In this document: positions 26,001 to 38,817 of the stretch, one piece after another
Layout of the letters: the number at the start of each line of letters is the position of its first letter
Numbering within the stretch: position 1 is the stretch's first letter
From: Orbicella franksi
Lineage: Eukaryota
Reading direction: 5' to 3'
Assembly: GCA_964199315.1 (NCBI GenBank)
Contig: OZ116701.1
Location: forward strand, 8,370,001-8,434,000
DNA: 64,000 nucleotides
Notes under the pieces: generated by a model
What the model was told of the DNA's origin: nothing
Database searches by the model: none
Seen by the model: the letters and a program-made list of their open reading frames with translations, nothing else
Position numbers and translations under genes: made by a program

Positions 26001-29000
26001 TTTCTTGTATGGATCCCGCCTTTTTCCTACTAAAACTTCGTTTCGGATCAAACTGAAATGTCCAAATTGCTAAGTCGATCAAACAATTCAATAAAGCAAT
26101 TATTCCATTTACTATTATTGGATACTATGCTATTGAGGCGTGACTGAATCACTACGTATCTAACGGGGGCTTATCGCTAACATCGACGTTCAGTCATTTC
26201 TTTGAGGTCGACTTAGAGAAATGGGCGCTCATATCTTTTCACTTTTTTTTAATTGAAATAAACCCCAATCACACTGTTAATATCCCCACTGAAGAAGGTC
26301 ATTTTTTTTGTACATACCCAAGGGTTCGCAATTTAATATTCCATCACCGGTGTAACCTTCCCGACACTCGCAGGTGAAGGAACCTTCTGTGTTGTGACAG
26401 TGAGCCACTCCATGACAGTTGTGAGTTGCTGTTGCGCATTCATCAATATCTGTGGGAATAAATAAACGATTGTGTTGACTTTTCTTTTTGGGCGTTAAAT
26501 ATTGTTGTTATTAAACATTACCCGAAATACGGCACTTTCATTCATGATTATTCTTACTGATCACTTTCATACAAGTCTTTACCCAAGTGCCACGCAGCTG
26601 ACGGAAATTTTTCCGTAATTCTTTTATAATTAACATAAGATATAACCTGCGTTATCAATGTATGGCTTCTGAATCAGGCTCAAGGCTTGTATTGCTGCAA
26701 TTCCTGTTTCAAATAATTATTTAAAAAGTTGGAGTTGAGGCTTGGGTTCTAAACAGTTGAGATGGGTTTGGATTGCACAAAACAAAACAAACATTCAAAA
26801 ACGTACCTGAACAAGACTGTCCGCTTCCGGTAAATCCCTCATTACAGGTACAATTAAAGGAACCATCGCTATTGAAGCAAGTAGCCTTGACATGACAGTT
26901 GTGGGTATTTGCTATACACTCGTTAATGTCTAAAAATAAAGTAAAGAATTAATAAATTAATGCGGGAATGAAGCCATGAAGGGAGGGAAGGAATGACTGA
27001 ATGAATGAAAACATAATTGCAGGAATGCATGAATAAATGATAAATTTAGGTGCTGCAGCTGTTTAGCATATTTCTTTGTCAGAACGGCTCAGAGTGGATT
27101 TCTAGAATAAAAGTATAAACTTTACTAACAGCATTTAAAAGTATTTAAACAACAAAAGAAACACCAAAAGTTATGTTACGCACCGCTGCATGAATTCCCT
27201 CCTCCTGTATATCCGTCATTACAAGCACAAGCATAAGAACCAGGAATGTTAGTACAAGTCGCTGATTCATGGCAGCCGTGAGAATGTTCTCTGCATTCGT
27301 CAATATCTATAGACAAAAAGTTGAAACACCTTAGGGAAAAAAAGGGCATGTGTTGCGACACATTACCATCCCATCGAGGAAGAATGGTAACATTCGCACA
27401 TTCCTGCTATAGGACCAGAGTTAACCAAGAGACTAGTCTCAAAAATTTATAATTAAGCCGTAATGTTTTAACTATTTTTTGATACGCTTTTGACTTTGAA
27501 TATCAGAACCAAGGCTTTATCAGTGAAGCGGGCCAGATTAAGTAATTACTCGAACATTGTTTTACAACGCATTGTCCTTCGAAGTGGTTATGGAAATGCA
27601 TATTACGAGGTAAGCAAAATCTCACTTAGTGCGTACGAGCCCAAACTATTAATTGATGTACTGTAATGAAAAAATGTCATTGCGACCTGAACACTCACGA
27701 CTAAGCTGCTTGGGCATTTTTTTGTTTGTTCGTTTGTTTGTTTGCTGTCGTAGTCTTTGCCAAAGTCATATCAATTAAACTGGCAAAAAATGTAGGTGGA
27801 TTGGGCTGCCTGGTAGAATTACTCCAATGCTCGAAGATGCAAGATGATGAGCTGGCAATTTGCGACGTAAAATCCAGATGTTGATGGAACACACCTGAAC
27901 ATTGCTGGCCATTCCCCGTGTATCCGTTGCTACAGCTACAGGTAAATGAACCTTCTGTGTTACTACAAGACGCTGCAGAGTGACAGTTATGACTATTGCT
28001 GGCACATTCATCCAAATCTGAAATAGTCAAATAGGAATATGTTTAACAATTATATTAGGAACTCGAGATTTCTAGCAAGTCAGCGATAGTTGACGAGGGC
28101 GCAGCCCCAGTTGAATGTCACGCATAAAAATCGAGAGCGAATAATCTAACAACGAAGCGCGCAAAGTCTAAAAATAGATTGCAAATTCCGTTTTGTTAGT
28201 CTGAGTTTGTCTGAGTTATAATGTCACTCGCGCGCTTCGCTATTGTGTTAAAAAAAATCTGCTAGTAACTTGGTGCCTCGAATAGTAAATTATCTAAATC
28301 CTCTTCACAGGTACTTCGAGAACACAACTACACTGTTAGCTATAGGCTACTAATTAACTACAACAGAAGCATAGCATAGCCAATAAAAGAACGAATTCGT
28401 TATGGAAAGCTAGTAGATATATACCAAAGTCACATAACACACTGATTTTGTTGCGTTGCTGTTTAGGTGTGTCCTACGTGACAAAAGTATACAACTGATG
28501 GTTGATTAGAATCGATTACAGTATAGCAGAATAACGAAAAAAAGTCTCCTAACCAGTGCATGGTAATTTGCCATTACCAGTGTACCCTGAGTTACAAGCA
28601 CAAGTAAAAGAGCCATCGGTATTGGTGCAAGTTGCCGACTCATGACAGTCGTGAGAATTCGCCGTGCATTCGTCAATATCTAAGATAAAAAAAAAAAAAA
28701 AAACGACAACAACAACAATAACAGCAATTACATGCAGCACACACAATGTAATTTTATATCGAACTATTTTCTTAGCTAATTGTATTATATTACGTGTCTC
28801 ACTTGTATTACGCAATGTGGAGCAGGGAATGACATGACACCAATCATTGGTAAGTAGGAGGGCTCAATATTACTTTTGATTTCGCCTGCACTGCCATTTT
28901 TGCCTCCCTTACCATTCAGCAGCAACGCTACCTCTACTCATAACTTCCAAAATTCCCGCCGCCTCCCTAGCTTCCGATAAAAATCTTCTAACTAGATATG

Positions 29001-30919
29001 CCATGTGATGCTTTTTCGTATCCCACCTTAGTTAAAGATACCATCAAATACTAACCTGTAACTTTTTGATAAGGCTAATTGAGAGAAATAAACGCCAGAA
29101 CGGTGAATGAGAATTGTTTGTCGAAGATCTTAATCACGCTTCAGCATTTATTCTGAGTAAAGTGGTCGTGTCACGGATTGATATCTTGATTTATTTATAT
29201 ATTTTGATTAAACTTAGTTGTCTACTGTCAACCTTGGAATGCTTTTTTTACAATACAGAGTTTGTATAAAAACGGTTGATCAACATGAAAGTCAATGAAC
29301 TGATAAATGACTCATACAGCTGTTGAATCGATTTATCTATCAGTCAGTCCGTCGAAACTTTTCTGAACACGGTACAAACTGTAAGGATTACAATATTTAT
29401 CACTCTATACCCATACTTAAGCATAATAGCAAAACATTCACTTGTTATTTTGAGACATGAAAATAACAACAAAGTCAGCTTTACTTAAATTTTTGTTGTT
29501 TAAATTAGTTTTAAAAACCAAACGAGGTGGCAGTCTGAGTATCATTTTAAACTAAGATTATGGCTGTTTTTGTTTTTGTCTCTTACTCATGGCAAAAAAT
29601 AATGAATGAATTATTAGAAGACTCGAGTGTCTTAAGCTTTCAACTTGGTAGCTTATAGTTATCTAATTAAATCGATGCGCAAGGAACACACCTGAACATT
29701 GTTGCCCATTTCCTGTGTATCCGTTGTTACAGCTACAGGTATATGAACCTTCTGTATTACTACAAGACGCTGCAGGGTGACAGTTATGGCTATTAATCGC
29801 ACATTCATCAATATCTAAAATGAAATAAAAAATGCCCGTACACATACTGATTTCATTGCATTGTTGTTTAAAAGAACCCGTTAGAAAAGTGATGGGGGTG
29901 GGGAAATTCCAAAAAAAAAAAAATATGCAAGGGAGGGTGACTAAAAAAGAAAACGTGCAAAGAAGAAGTTAACAAAAGAAACAACCATGCAGAGTGAATA
30001 GCACTGTCGGGCTTACAAACTGTACCCGCCTGAAGGGCACCTTGGCAGCCACTTTATGCTTTATACTGCGGTTTTCTTGCTCCTGGTGAAATCCGAATTC
30101 GACTGGTTTTCTCTACAATTAGGAAAACGGGGACTTTTTTTGCTTTCAAGGCTGATACATTTTGTGCGTAGCAACCTCATCATGGACACTGGTAGCCAAA
30201 CACTCCAGCAGAAAAACTCTTATGGATATAGCCAATGCGTAAAGGTGATTTAAAAATAAACCATGTGTTATAAACAGCCACCCTGCTTGATTCGGTTGTG
30301 CTTGCTTAAAGGCAAGCACATACCGTGTTTTGAAAGCCTCTACATATGTGAATGATTTCACAACTGAAATTAAGGTATAAATGAAGATTCCGTGGACACA
30401 GATGTACAAACACATGTCGAACAGTACCACTTCTCTAAGATGGCCGCCAAGATCAACAATGGACAAACGTTGGAATCAAAGACAGTCATGAAGGTGTTAA
30501 CACAACTAATGCGTTTAGTATGGGAAGTTTCAATTTATTTTAGATTTTTGACAGAGTAAATGACGTATTATCATCCAAGTCTGATCGATGCATTAAATTT
30601 ATCGGCTGAAAGTAGTGGAAAACGCAGCAAAAATAATTAAATATTGCAAAATTTGTCTGAGGGGGCATGCCACCAGAACCCCATATAGCAAGCCCAATAG
30701 GGCGTTTTAGTGGACGGCCACTCACAGAATCTTAGCTAGATTCACTGCTTGTCAAGAATGATTTTTTTTAATTTTTTTCACAAGGGAAATGAATAAATTA
30801 AAATGATATTTGCCTAAACATCAAATAACAAAAGCAATTCAGGGCCATTTTATGCAGCAGCACTTGGACGTGTTTGACTGACTGACTGACTGACTGACTG
30901 ACTGACTGACTGATTGATA

Positions 30920-30951
<32 letters not shown>

Positions 30952-33900
30952 AAGTGATTGGTCGGTCGGTCGGTTGGTTGGTTGGTTGGTTGATTGATTG
31001 ATTGACTGATACCGCTGACAGGTAATTATGACTGATAGAAAAGGATAACAAAAAAAAAATTTTTTTAAATAAATAAAAGCCTTCTTACCGGTGCATGATA
31101 GTCTGCCCTTACTATTGTATCCTGGAGCACAAGCGCAAATAAAAGAGCCGTCGGTATTAGTGCAAGTTTCCGACACGTGGCAGTCATGAGAATCCGTCGT
31201 GCATTCGTCGATATCTGTGTAGAAAGTGAAATGTAAGTGGTATTCAAAATAAAATAATATCGTGAAATAACCGTATTTTGTTTAAAATTACATTTGGAAT
31301 GTTTGTATAAACAGCTTGTCAAATGTTTACAGAGTTTTCAGTACGTGGTGCTCACATTTGAATGAGAACGGTTGAGGGAAGTGACAGTTTTAAGCGAAAT
31401 TTTTTTTTTTATTTATTCATTTATTTATTTATTTTTTAGGAGGAGGAGCTGGGAGTGGGGAGGGAAAGGTAACACTCCTTAACTTCTTCTCTTAACACTT
31501 TCTCTCGGCTTGTTCAGTGTAAACCCTTGATTTTGTTCAAGTACCAGGTTAATATTTGGGTGGGTGGTGGTTATTTTCTTTTTTTCTTTTTTTTTTTTAG
31601 GGAAGTAGTTGTGAGGCATACTTCACTAATTGGAATTGAGCAAAAGGTGGATAACACAATGAAGCCAAATAGATAGTCGCCATGTTGTCTGAATTATTAT
31701 TAGTAAAATAAATACAGTGTATATATCGAGTCACGCACCACTGCATACTTTGCCATTGCCAGTATACCCCAAATTACAAGCACAAGTAAAAGAGCCGACA
31801 GTATTATAGCAGGTCGCTGATACATGACAATCGTCAGAACTTGTCGTGCATTCGTTTATATCTGCCGGAGATAACAACATGTCAATTAAAGGAAGATGTG
31901 TTGAGCCATCCATACATTATAAAGCTTGTCCGAGTTATCTTAAGAGGGTGTGACGTGATCAAAGTGGTTTATCAAACCGCAACCCCCTCCGTTAGAGGGT
32001 GCAGGAATCTCTCCTCCTACGCGGTCATGTGAGGTTATACTTTACGGTTTCGTTTGATGCTTTTGCAATTAAACACTTCAGGGTGACTGTACTGGACCTT
32101 ACGTATTGAGATCAGCACAGTTGAGCATATTCGTGCACGGTCGTGGTCAAATAAATAGTGAGGGTAGAAAGTAATACCGTCTAGCCGTCATGAAAACATA
32201 GAACGATTTTCAGCTAAGTGCCGTAAAACCAAAACCTATTAAGTAATCACTCACTCTGGCAAATCACAAAGTGGTACAGACAATCTAGTGAACCAATAAA
32301 AATTGGACTTGCAAATACATGTTGATGATGCGAAACACGGGAAACGTGTGTGAGCGAGTAACGATTGGTTTTGGTCTTACTTCTGATTTCCAAGATTTCT
32401 AAGCCAATCGCTTAACGTAGTGATGCAAAACCCACACATACACGATTTAAATTCGACACTCAATCAAAAAACCGCTCTATTGGCCGTCTTGATCGCTTTA
32501 ATGCTCCACACATAGCACATGAAGAGTCTTTTGGCAACATAAGTGACAGCTTTATCGCGGCCATCTTCATTTCGAGTAGTGGGGGAATTGGAAAATTCGA
32601 AATGCTTTACTTAATTTAAGACGAATGATGCTATCTAGCTAAACCAAAAGCTTAAAATCAGATAAATATGGCTTCTTATTATTACAGATTTATCTGTTGT
32701 TACAGCTTCTGTTCTTTTACTTGACGCCATCAAGTTAAAGTTGTGGCCATAGTTCGCTCATTAATTCATCAGTATTTAAAACAGGAAAGTTTTTGATATT
32801 CATAAACAAATTAAGTTGCACTGAGTGAATACTATATTTAGCAAAAGTTTTAGGTATGGTAAAAGTCTGTATAGTGCCAAGTGGTCCATCAGGCTGGAGC
32901 TTATCCCGGTTTCTGTAGCATTAATCGACGAAGGGTATTTCTACTTCCCCCTGGATGGGATGCTAGTCTATCGCAGGGTTACTCTCAGTATCAAGCTCGT
33001 CGATACCCATTTATACACCTGGGCGGAGAGAGGCACTGTGAGAGTGTCTTGCCCAAGAATACAACGCCATGTGCCCGGCCAGGTCGAATCCGGACAGCTC
33101 GATCCAGAGACGAGCGCACTAAACATAAGGCTACCGCGCCTACCAAAAGGTTTAGGGTAAGATGTAGTTGTCGAAAGTGAAAATATAATAGTTGTTAAGA
33201 AAATAATCAGGAGGAGTAAAGCTCTGTACCATTGCATGTTGACTTGCCGTCCCCAGCGTACCCTGAGTTACAAGCACAAGTAAAAGATTCTTCAGTGTCT
33301 GTGCAAGTTGCCAGCGCATGGCAGTCGTGAGAATCCTCAGCGCATTCGTCGACATCTGTGTAAAAATGAAATCATAAAAGCTTACTCAAAATTAAACACC
33401 TTATCAAAGTAACCTTATTCTGTTTTAAAGTAAGGTAGCATTAAGTAATCTTTCTATATTAACGTGGTCAAAATACACTTAGCTTGATACAAATCAAATA
33501 TTGATGTTATTGCAATGAAAGTATTTACAATTTGTCCAAAATTCTATTTTTTTTTTCAAAACAGCCGCCATTTTTGAACCGCCATCTTGGATTTCACTTA
33601 ATTATACATGACGTAAGATAACCAAAACTATACAAAAGCAGCAAAGAAAGATAAAACTAATATTACAGAAAGCAAATTAAATTTCTTCGGGAAATTCAAA
33701 ATTTGCACAACATGCTTGTCAAAAATACGGTTGTGATAGGGACAACCACATGCCATACAAAACTGATCCCGGAAATTTTAGGCAAAATCACCAGACTGGA
33801 GTTCAAGCATAAAGAGGATTTTATCTCCCACGAAAACATCGGGCAACCCCCAGTTTGACAGCAGTGCTAAAATGCGTACTTACTACTAATTTCGCCTGTG

Positions 33901-34304
33901 CCACAGTATCTCAAATCACAAACAGGTGGCGGTACCAACTTATAAATGTAGAAGTCTCCGCAATTTAGAACCTCGATTGTGTTGCTCCAGTGGCAACAAT
34001 CACTAACCCAGTGGTAGCACACTTTCCTCGTTACAATGCCGTCGGAGACGGTGGGATGGGGATCGCTTAACCATCCAGTGGCATCCGTGTTACAGCGGTT
34101 CACGGCAGGGCACGTCCCTGGCATACTGGTCCCAGCGGCACCAGTGAAGCGGTACCATCGGTTCTCAATGGATGAGTCACATAAATTGTTTATGTCGCCG
34201 TGATTAATATGCCTGTCGGCATCGCTTAGCGGAGTGTACGACACACATTCTAAGGGAATCCCTTGACAATATCTTCCTGCAGCTAAAAATAGGGCAAGTG
34301 ACAT
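14008..34304 (-). CDS. Gene B: polycystin-1-like protein with D8C + 9 EGF-Ca ectodomain (about 2499 aa if ATG 34304 is the start)
   Basis: Exons 5'->3' on the minus strand: 34304(or acceptor near 34282)-33884 (D8C); EGF exons 33355-33230, 31861-31739, 31214-31089, 29814-29692, 28679-28554, 28017-27895, 27306-27184, 26929-26807, 26449-26318; then 25535-24830, 24707-24134, 24036-23827, 23320-23183, 22301-22122, 21246-21022, 20524-19808, 19150-18914, 18437-17130, 16712-16544, 15497-14008. Total 7500 nt, divisible by 3, all junctions GT-AG. GPS is [11 protein letters not shown]. The start codon is uncertain. Confidence 0.92.
15641..15947. mobile_element. Degenerate copy of the TTAA/GGTGGCT MITE family (Kolobok-like)
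   Basis: Starts TTAA|GGTGGCTG and ends TTCAGAGCCGCC. The 3' part aligns by eye to 21820-21870. The right TTAA is lost. Confidence 0.45.
21551..21870. mobile_element. Kolobok-like MITE with TTAA target-site duplication
   Basis: TTAA|GGTGGCTC...GAGCCACC|TTAA: 8-bp perfect TIR, RR terminus and TTAA on both sides (21547-21550 and 21871-21874). 320 bp, no ORF. Confidence 0.7.
26318..33355 (-). CDS. Gene B array of nine single-exon calcium-binding EGF repeats
   Basis: Each exon is 123, 126 or 132 nt, phase 1-1, with consensus D-[IVL]-[DN]-E-C...C-x-[ND]-x-x-G-S-[FY]-x-C-x-C..G[YF].G.G..C. Confidence 0.92.
30875..31010. repeat. Compound tetranucleotide microsatellite (TGAC)n/(TGAT)n/(TCGG)n/(TTGG)n
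   Basis: Direct reading; it generates the spurious [11 protein letters not shown] 30850-31176. Confidence 0.95.
32198..32480. mobile_element. MITE with about 29-bp imperfect TIRs
   Basis: Left end ATAGAACGATTTTCAGCTAAGTGCCGTAA; reverse complement of the right end ATAGAGCGGTTTTTTGATTGAGTGTCGAA. Confidence 0.55.
32851..33143 (-). mobile_element. tRNA-derived SINE (CORE-like central domain)
   Basis: On the minus strand: A-box-like GGTAGCCTTATGTTTAG, B-box-like GGATTCGACC, then TTCTTGGGCAAGACACTCTCACAGTGCCTCTCTCCGCCCAGGTGTATAAATGGGTA. Two related copies lie at about 45975 and 49138/51464. Confidence 0.75.
33884..34304 (-). CDS. Gene B D8C (uromodulin/GP2/OIT3-type Cys-rich) domain exon
   Basis: CD...[10 protein letters not shown]...C....C.T...GW...HP....G.V.R.VC.HW...CC.....I.V.NCG.FY.YKL......LRYC matches the UMOD/GP2/OIT3 D8C pattern. 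Confidence 0.9.
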
Positions 34305-36429
34305 TGATTAAGTAAGAAATTGAAGCAGAACAAGACAAAGAAAAAGGGAGTAGGGAGCTCGTAGCCTGCGATGGATCTTTAACTTCAAGAATCCAACCGC
34401 CTAACAAATCGGCTATTTAACTGAGGTGTCCAAATTGGACACCTTTTGTAACCTCCTCTCACCGTTAAGCAGCAATTGCGAGTCTAATTTCAGCTGTACG
34501 AGCCAGTTGAGTTTAATTTCTTTATTGCGGGTTTAAATATTAATTTTTTTTCTATGTCGCTATCGAGTTTCCCCAACGTGTGAAATTCCCTTGTTGCCGT
34601 AATTTCTGACTATTTCAACTTTTACGTAATATCCTAGTTTTCTAACAGGTGCCCCAGTCTCAATCGATGGTATTATAGACGCTTTCCTCGAAATTTGTTG
34701 AGCTGCCAATGATTTTGATTTTTCCTGGTACCAGTGGGCCCCGAGACGACTGAAAGCAGCCGGTTCACGTAAATATGAAGTGGCGATGCGGTAACCACCG
34801 TGCAAACAGTATTCTATTTCACAACACTCCCATTCATACTCAGTTGAATTAAGATATGGTGATAATAATTGACGAGCGGACTAAGCCAAGATGGAACAGC
34901 TTTGCTTAGGGGAGGTCGCGTCTAGAGGTATACGACCCACGTGATAAAGGTGGGAGGGGAAAACAGAGCACGAATGGAGTAAACAAGTTGCCTCGGTATT
35001 TATTGCAGAGCTATTACGTAACTAGTGTGAAGAACGCTTACCTAGTCGAAAAAACTGCATTGTTGTTACGCATTTCAACCTTGCATATCATTACTAGTGT
35101 TGCGAATAGTTATACTTCGTTAAGTTACTTTAAGGGGAGTGACCAAGCAAACCTTGCTCGTAACCGATTAAAGGAAGGAAGGAAGGAGAAATTGATAAGA
35201 AAAAAAAAATCATAATACGCAAAGGAAACAACTGAAAGACTGCCAGGCTTCAAGCAAACGACAAGACCACGGGCTGCCCCTCTGTGCTTTGCCATTGATA
35301 ATTGGCGGACGAACTCGACTAGAAAATTCGCAATTTTGCACTCAGTGGAATTTCTAATTAAAAAAATTTCGGTTCTCCTTTCAGACTAATGCCAATCTTA
35401 AAGTATCACAAAGAAAAACAAACTTTCTACATAGAAAAAGAAGGTCGTGAATGTGTTTTGTCGTCAAATTCTCTCACGCGAAACAAAAAGAAATGCATTG
35501 GAGCCGGAACAGATAATTCGAAACTGCTTTAGAAGCGATTTGAGGTTTAAGTAGCTCAGGTTCAAAAGAAGAAATGATTAATGGCAAACAATTCACATTG
35601 GACTGGAAAGGGAGGTTCGTCGATCAAATTGTGTGTTTGTTTTTGTGTGTTTGTTCGAAGACTGGGCAAAATATTGTTATATAGTTATAGCATTAATAAC
35701 TCATCTTGAAAAGAAGTGTCAGTTAAACTGTCTAGATTGAAACGTTGCAGTTTTTGGCCCCTCGTGTAACGAAAATGGTTAAGATAAAAGAGAGTAACGT
35801 ACTAACAAATGAAGGTAAATTAATTTTAAAAAATCCATCTTGTTTCCTGTTTAATTCAAGCATTAACCATGGCATTTGCAGTAAACCAGCTTGAGCCACT
35901 GGGAAATGGTCACTGCGGGCTGCAGTTACATAACATTTCTAAATCCTCCGAAAGCAATTTTATTATCTACCGTAATTCTTTCTATAACGTTATGGTCGAA
36001 AAAGAAAAAAAAATACATACCCGAAACAATTCCCAAGACTATGAACCAGAAAACAGGCATCTGAAAACAAAACGAAGTTATTGAGGTTAAAGAGAACTGA
36101 ATCAGAAAGTATACATATAGACTGTTAGAGTCAGCTTGTCTCTTGTTAACCGTTTCGGCATGACCCTGGTAAGGAAATGAAAGCTGTACCTTTCACCCAA
36201 AGTGGGACCACAGCAGCGGAATATGTTCGATATGTTCAATACTTCAGGGTTGCCAAAACGTTAGAGGAAGAAAGTGCTTTCTCTGCACTTGTTTTGAGAG
36301 CGTCATCAACAGGATGACTGTATTTTCATCTTTTTGAATCATTAAGGAAAAACAGGTGTGCATACTAATCTCTAAACGGAGCTTCGTTTGTTTCTTCTCT
36401 TCTTGAAGACAAAACTGATGAACATGTTA

Positions 36430-36560
36430 GGCCCAGGTTAAACGTCGAACTTCACATGAAACGAGCTTAATTGCAATTTGAGTCGATCCAAACGGGAAAA
36501 ACTCGACCGTTGGGTCGAACATTAGATCGAAAGAACTCAGTTGAGTCACATTGAACGTAG
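36430..36560. mobile_element. Possible remnant of a short DNA transposon end (TTA|GGCCCAGGTTAAACGTCGAACTT)
   Basis: TTA followed by a GGCCC terminus and a partly repeated AACGTCGAAC motif. The other end was not identified. Confidence 0.25.
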
Positions 36561-37662
36561 AACCTGTCATGAACTTAATTGAGAGAGAAACATTAACTGA
36601 GATCAAGACGAACTTATCAAACTGCCAGGCTTCTTTATTGTTTAAGGCGTTTCTATAGGACCTTGAAGACTGCAGGATGCCTCACTGACATTAAAGTTAT
36701 CGAAGATAGATTATTTACCAAAAGTGTCCCTAGAGAGTTTTGACATCATAAGTAAAATAACTAATATCAATTTATTTAACAGCTGTCGCGAAGGCTCAAA
36801 CAAGGTCTTTCGTTTTCAACACTAATACGACAGTTAAAGAGGAAACTTATAGAATGGACTTTTTTCTTTCCACATGAATTTTGGACTTGTGAAGCAGATC
36901 GGGTATCAAGTATTATTATCTTTATTATGTTATTGTTATTGACTGACTAGAGATTAAAATGAAGAATTAGTTTAGGAGTAACGGTCTTAGTGATAGGATA
37001 TTCCGCCCTCATTTCGTAAGCACTTATTTTAAATGCACCTTGAATGGTTTCCACGCAAGCAAGTTCTATAAAGACTTAACATAAACTGATAATTGAATGG
37101 TCTCTAATTAGTTTACCCGTAACCAATTTAGTCTTTGATTAGACTTTACTCTGGTGATTATTCGTAGAGGGTTTCCTGCAGAGTTAAAATTGTTAACAAG
37201 TTCTATAAAAGGCTAAAACGACGAAATTTGATCTCCATCTGGATCAACCTCTATTGATGTTTTAGTTTTGTTTTGATGCTTATTTGCCACAGAATACTCG
37301 AGAAATAAAATTAAAAAGTAAGGATGATATCCTTCGTGCCTTTAATTGTAGCAGATCCTAAATGGCATGTTAAGCCATGATTTCTTCCTATCTCTAAAGA
37401 AGTAGGATCCCTAAGCAGTATTACAGGTAATATTACTTTTCAGCTTTTGAAAGAAAGAAATTTCAGTTTCTGTTTTTTGTTAGTTTGTTTGCTTTTGATT
37501 TTAAGTATGTCTTTGCCAACACAATATACGTTGAGAAAAAACAAAAGACTCTTACTACTTATAGTACTACTACTACAACTACGACTGACTCGATCAGTAG
37601 ATTACATTACCACCACTTGTAAATAGTGCCCCGTCAACATTTTCACCGTTTCACACGCCCAA

Positions 37663-37706
<44 letters not shown>
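37663..37706. repeat. (ATT)n microsatellite
   Basis: Direct reading. Confidence 0.95.
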
Positions 37707-38817
37707 GCTGCTTAAAACACAGGCTGTTAAAAATATCATAAATGTGAGATTCGTTTCACCAAGATGTAAGTTACCATGGCAATGCAATGACGTCATACCC
37801 CATCTTACATGAAACTGAAGAAGCCGGATAATTTTTGAAAAACGGCGTCAGGACCTTTAGCCTGACATAGTTTTAATGAAAGCAAAATTGAAAAAAAAAA
37901 AAAAAGAACAAAAAAAAGAAAAGAACAAAAAAGAATATAGACTGTTATCGAGAAAATTTCGACTGAAGTTTCAATGTGTCGTTATTTTAAAATGTCTATT
38001 TCCGTTTCCAAAAGAATAGTATAATAAATAAATAGTATTTCGCTGTTAAATGAATCACTCGGTTTGATTTTCAGAAACATTGAAAATATTCGATGCTAAT
38101 CCCTGGCCTACACTCAGATAAACGTTGGGCTGTATTGCACGCTCGAATCGCCATGCCCTTGTACATTTCTGTACATCATGAATTCGTAAAACGCGTCGTT
38201 GCTTTCCAACGACTTTCCAGAATAATGCTTAAATCTGCCGAGCTACCATAACAAGGGCAAGCAGCGAAAGCAAGCGAAAAAATCGCGCAAGACATCCAAC
38301 CGAGTGATTTTCAACCTGCGCTGGCCGCTTCCACTTTGAAGTGGCCGCGTTACCGCGAGATAAGTGATAGTGGGACAGATATTTGAAAAGTATGTCACGC
38401 GAAAAATCCCAACGTCCTCTTTCCAAAATTATCCCTCGAAATAATTAGTTATACGCTATCATGTAAATGAGGAATGACGTCATTACGCTGTTATAGCAAC
38501 TCAGATCTTGGTTAAACGTATCTTTTCTCTAACTTGCGTCTTTTCATAGTGCACCATAGTATTCGATTTTCTTTGGCATTGATCGTGATGATGCTCTTCT
38601 CGTTCAAAATTGAACAGTTTGGTACGTTACATAAAAAATACGATCGATCCACCTTGAATTAATCGAACTTTTCCTGTTTTCGCTACTCTTAGTCCACTAC
38701 TTTTTTTATTATCATTATTTTTCATAACAACCCTTTGAAGGACGTTCTCGCTGATCAGTTCAATTTCTAGTTCGTATAGTGCAGTCACGTCTCACTCGAT
38801 ACGCGTACATAATTCCG

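Noticed and set aside
30850-31176. ORF with INQS/VSQS repeats resembling a repetitive protein
   Set aside because: An EGF exon read through its donor into a tetranucleotide microsatellite.
32851-33143. tRNA genes at the A/B-box-like motifs (also 45975 and 49138)
   Set aside because: The boxes are degenerate, no cloverleaf is evident, and each continues into a shared SINE body.
32825-33237. Overlapping 89-111 aa ORFs
   Set aside because: Chance frames across a SINE copy inside a gene B intron.
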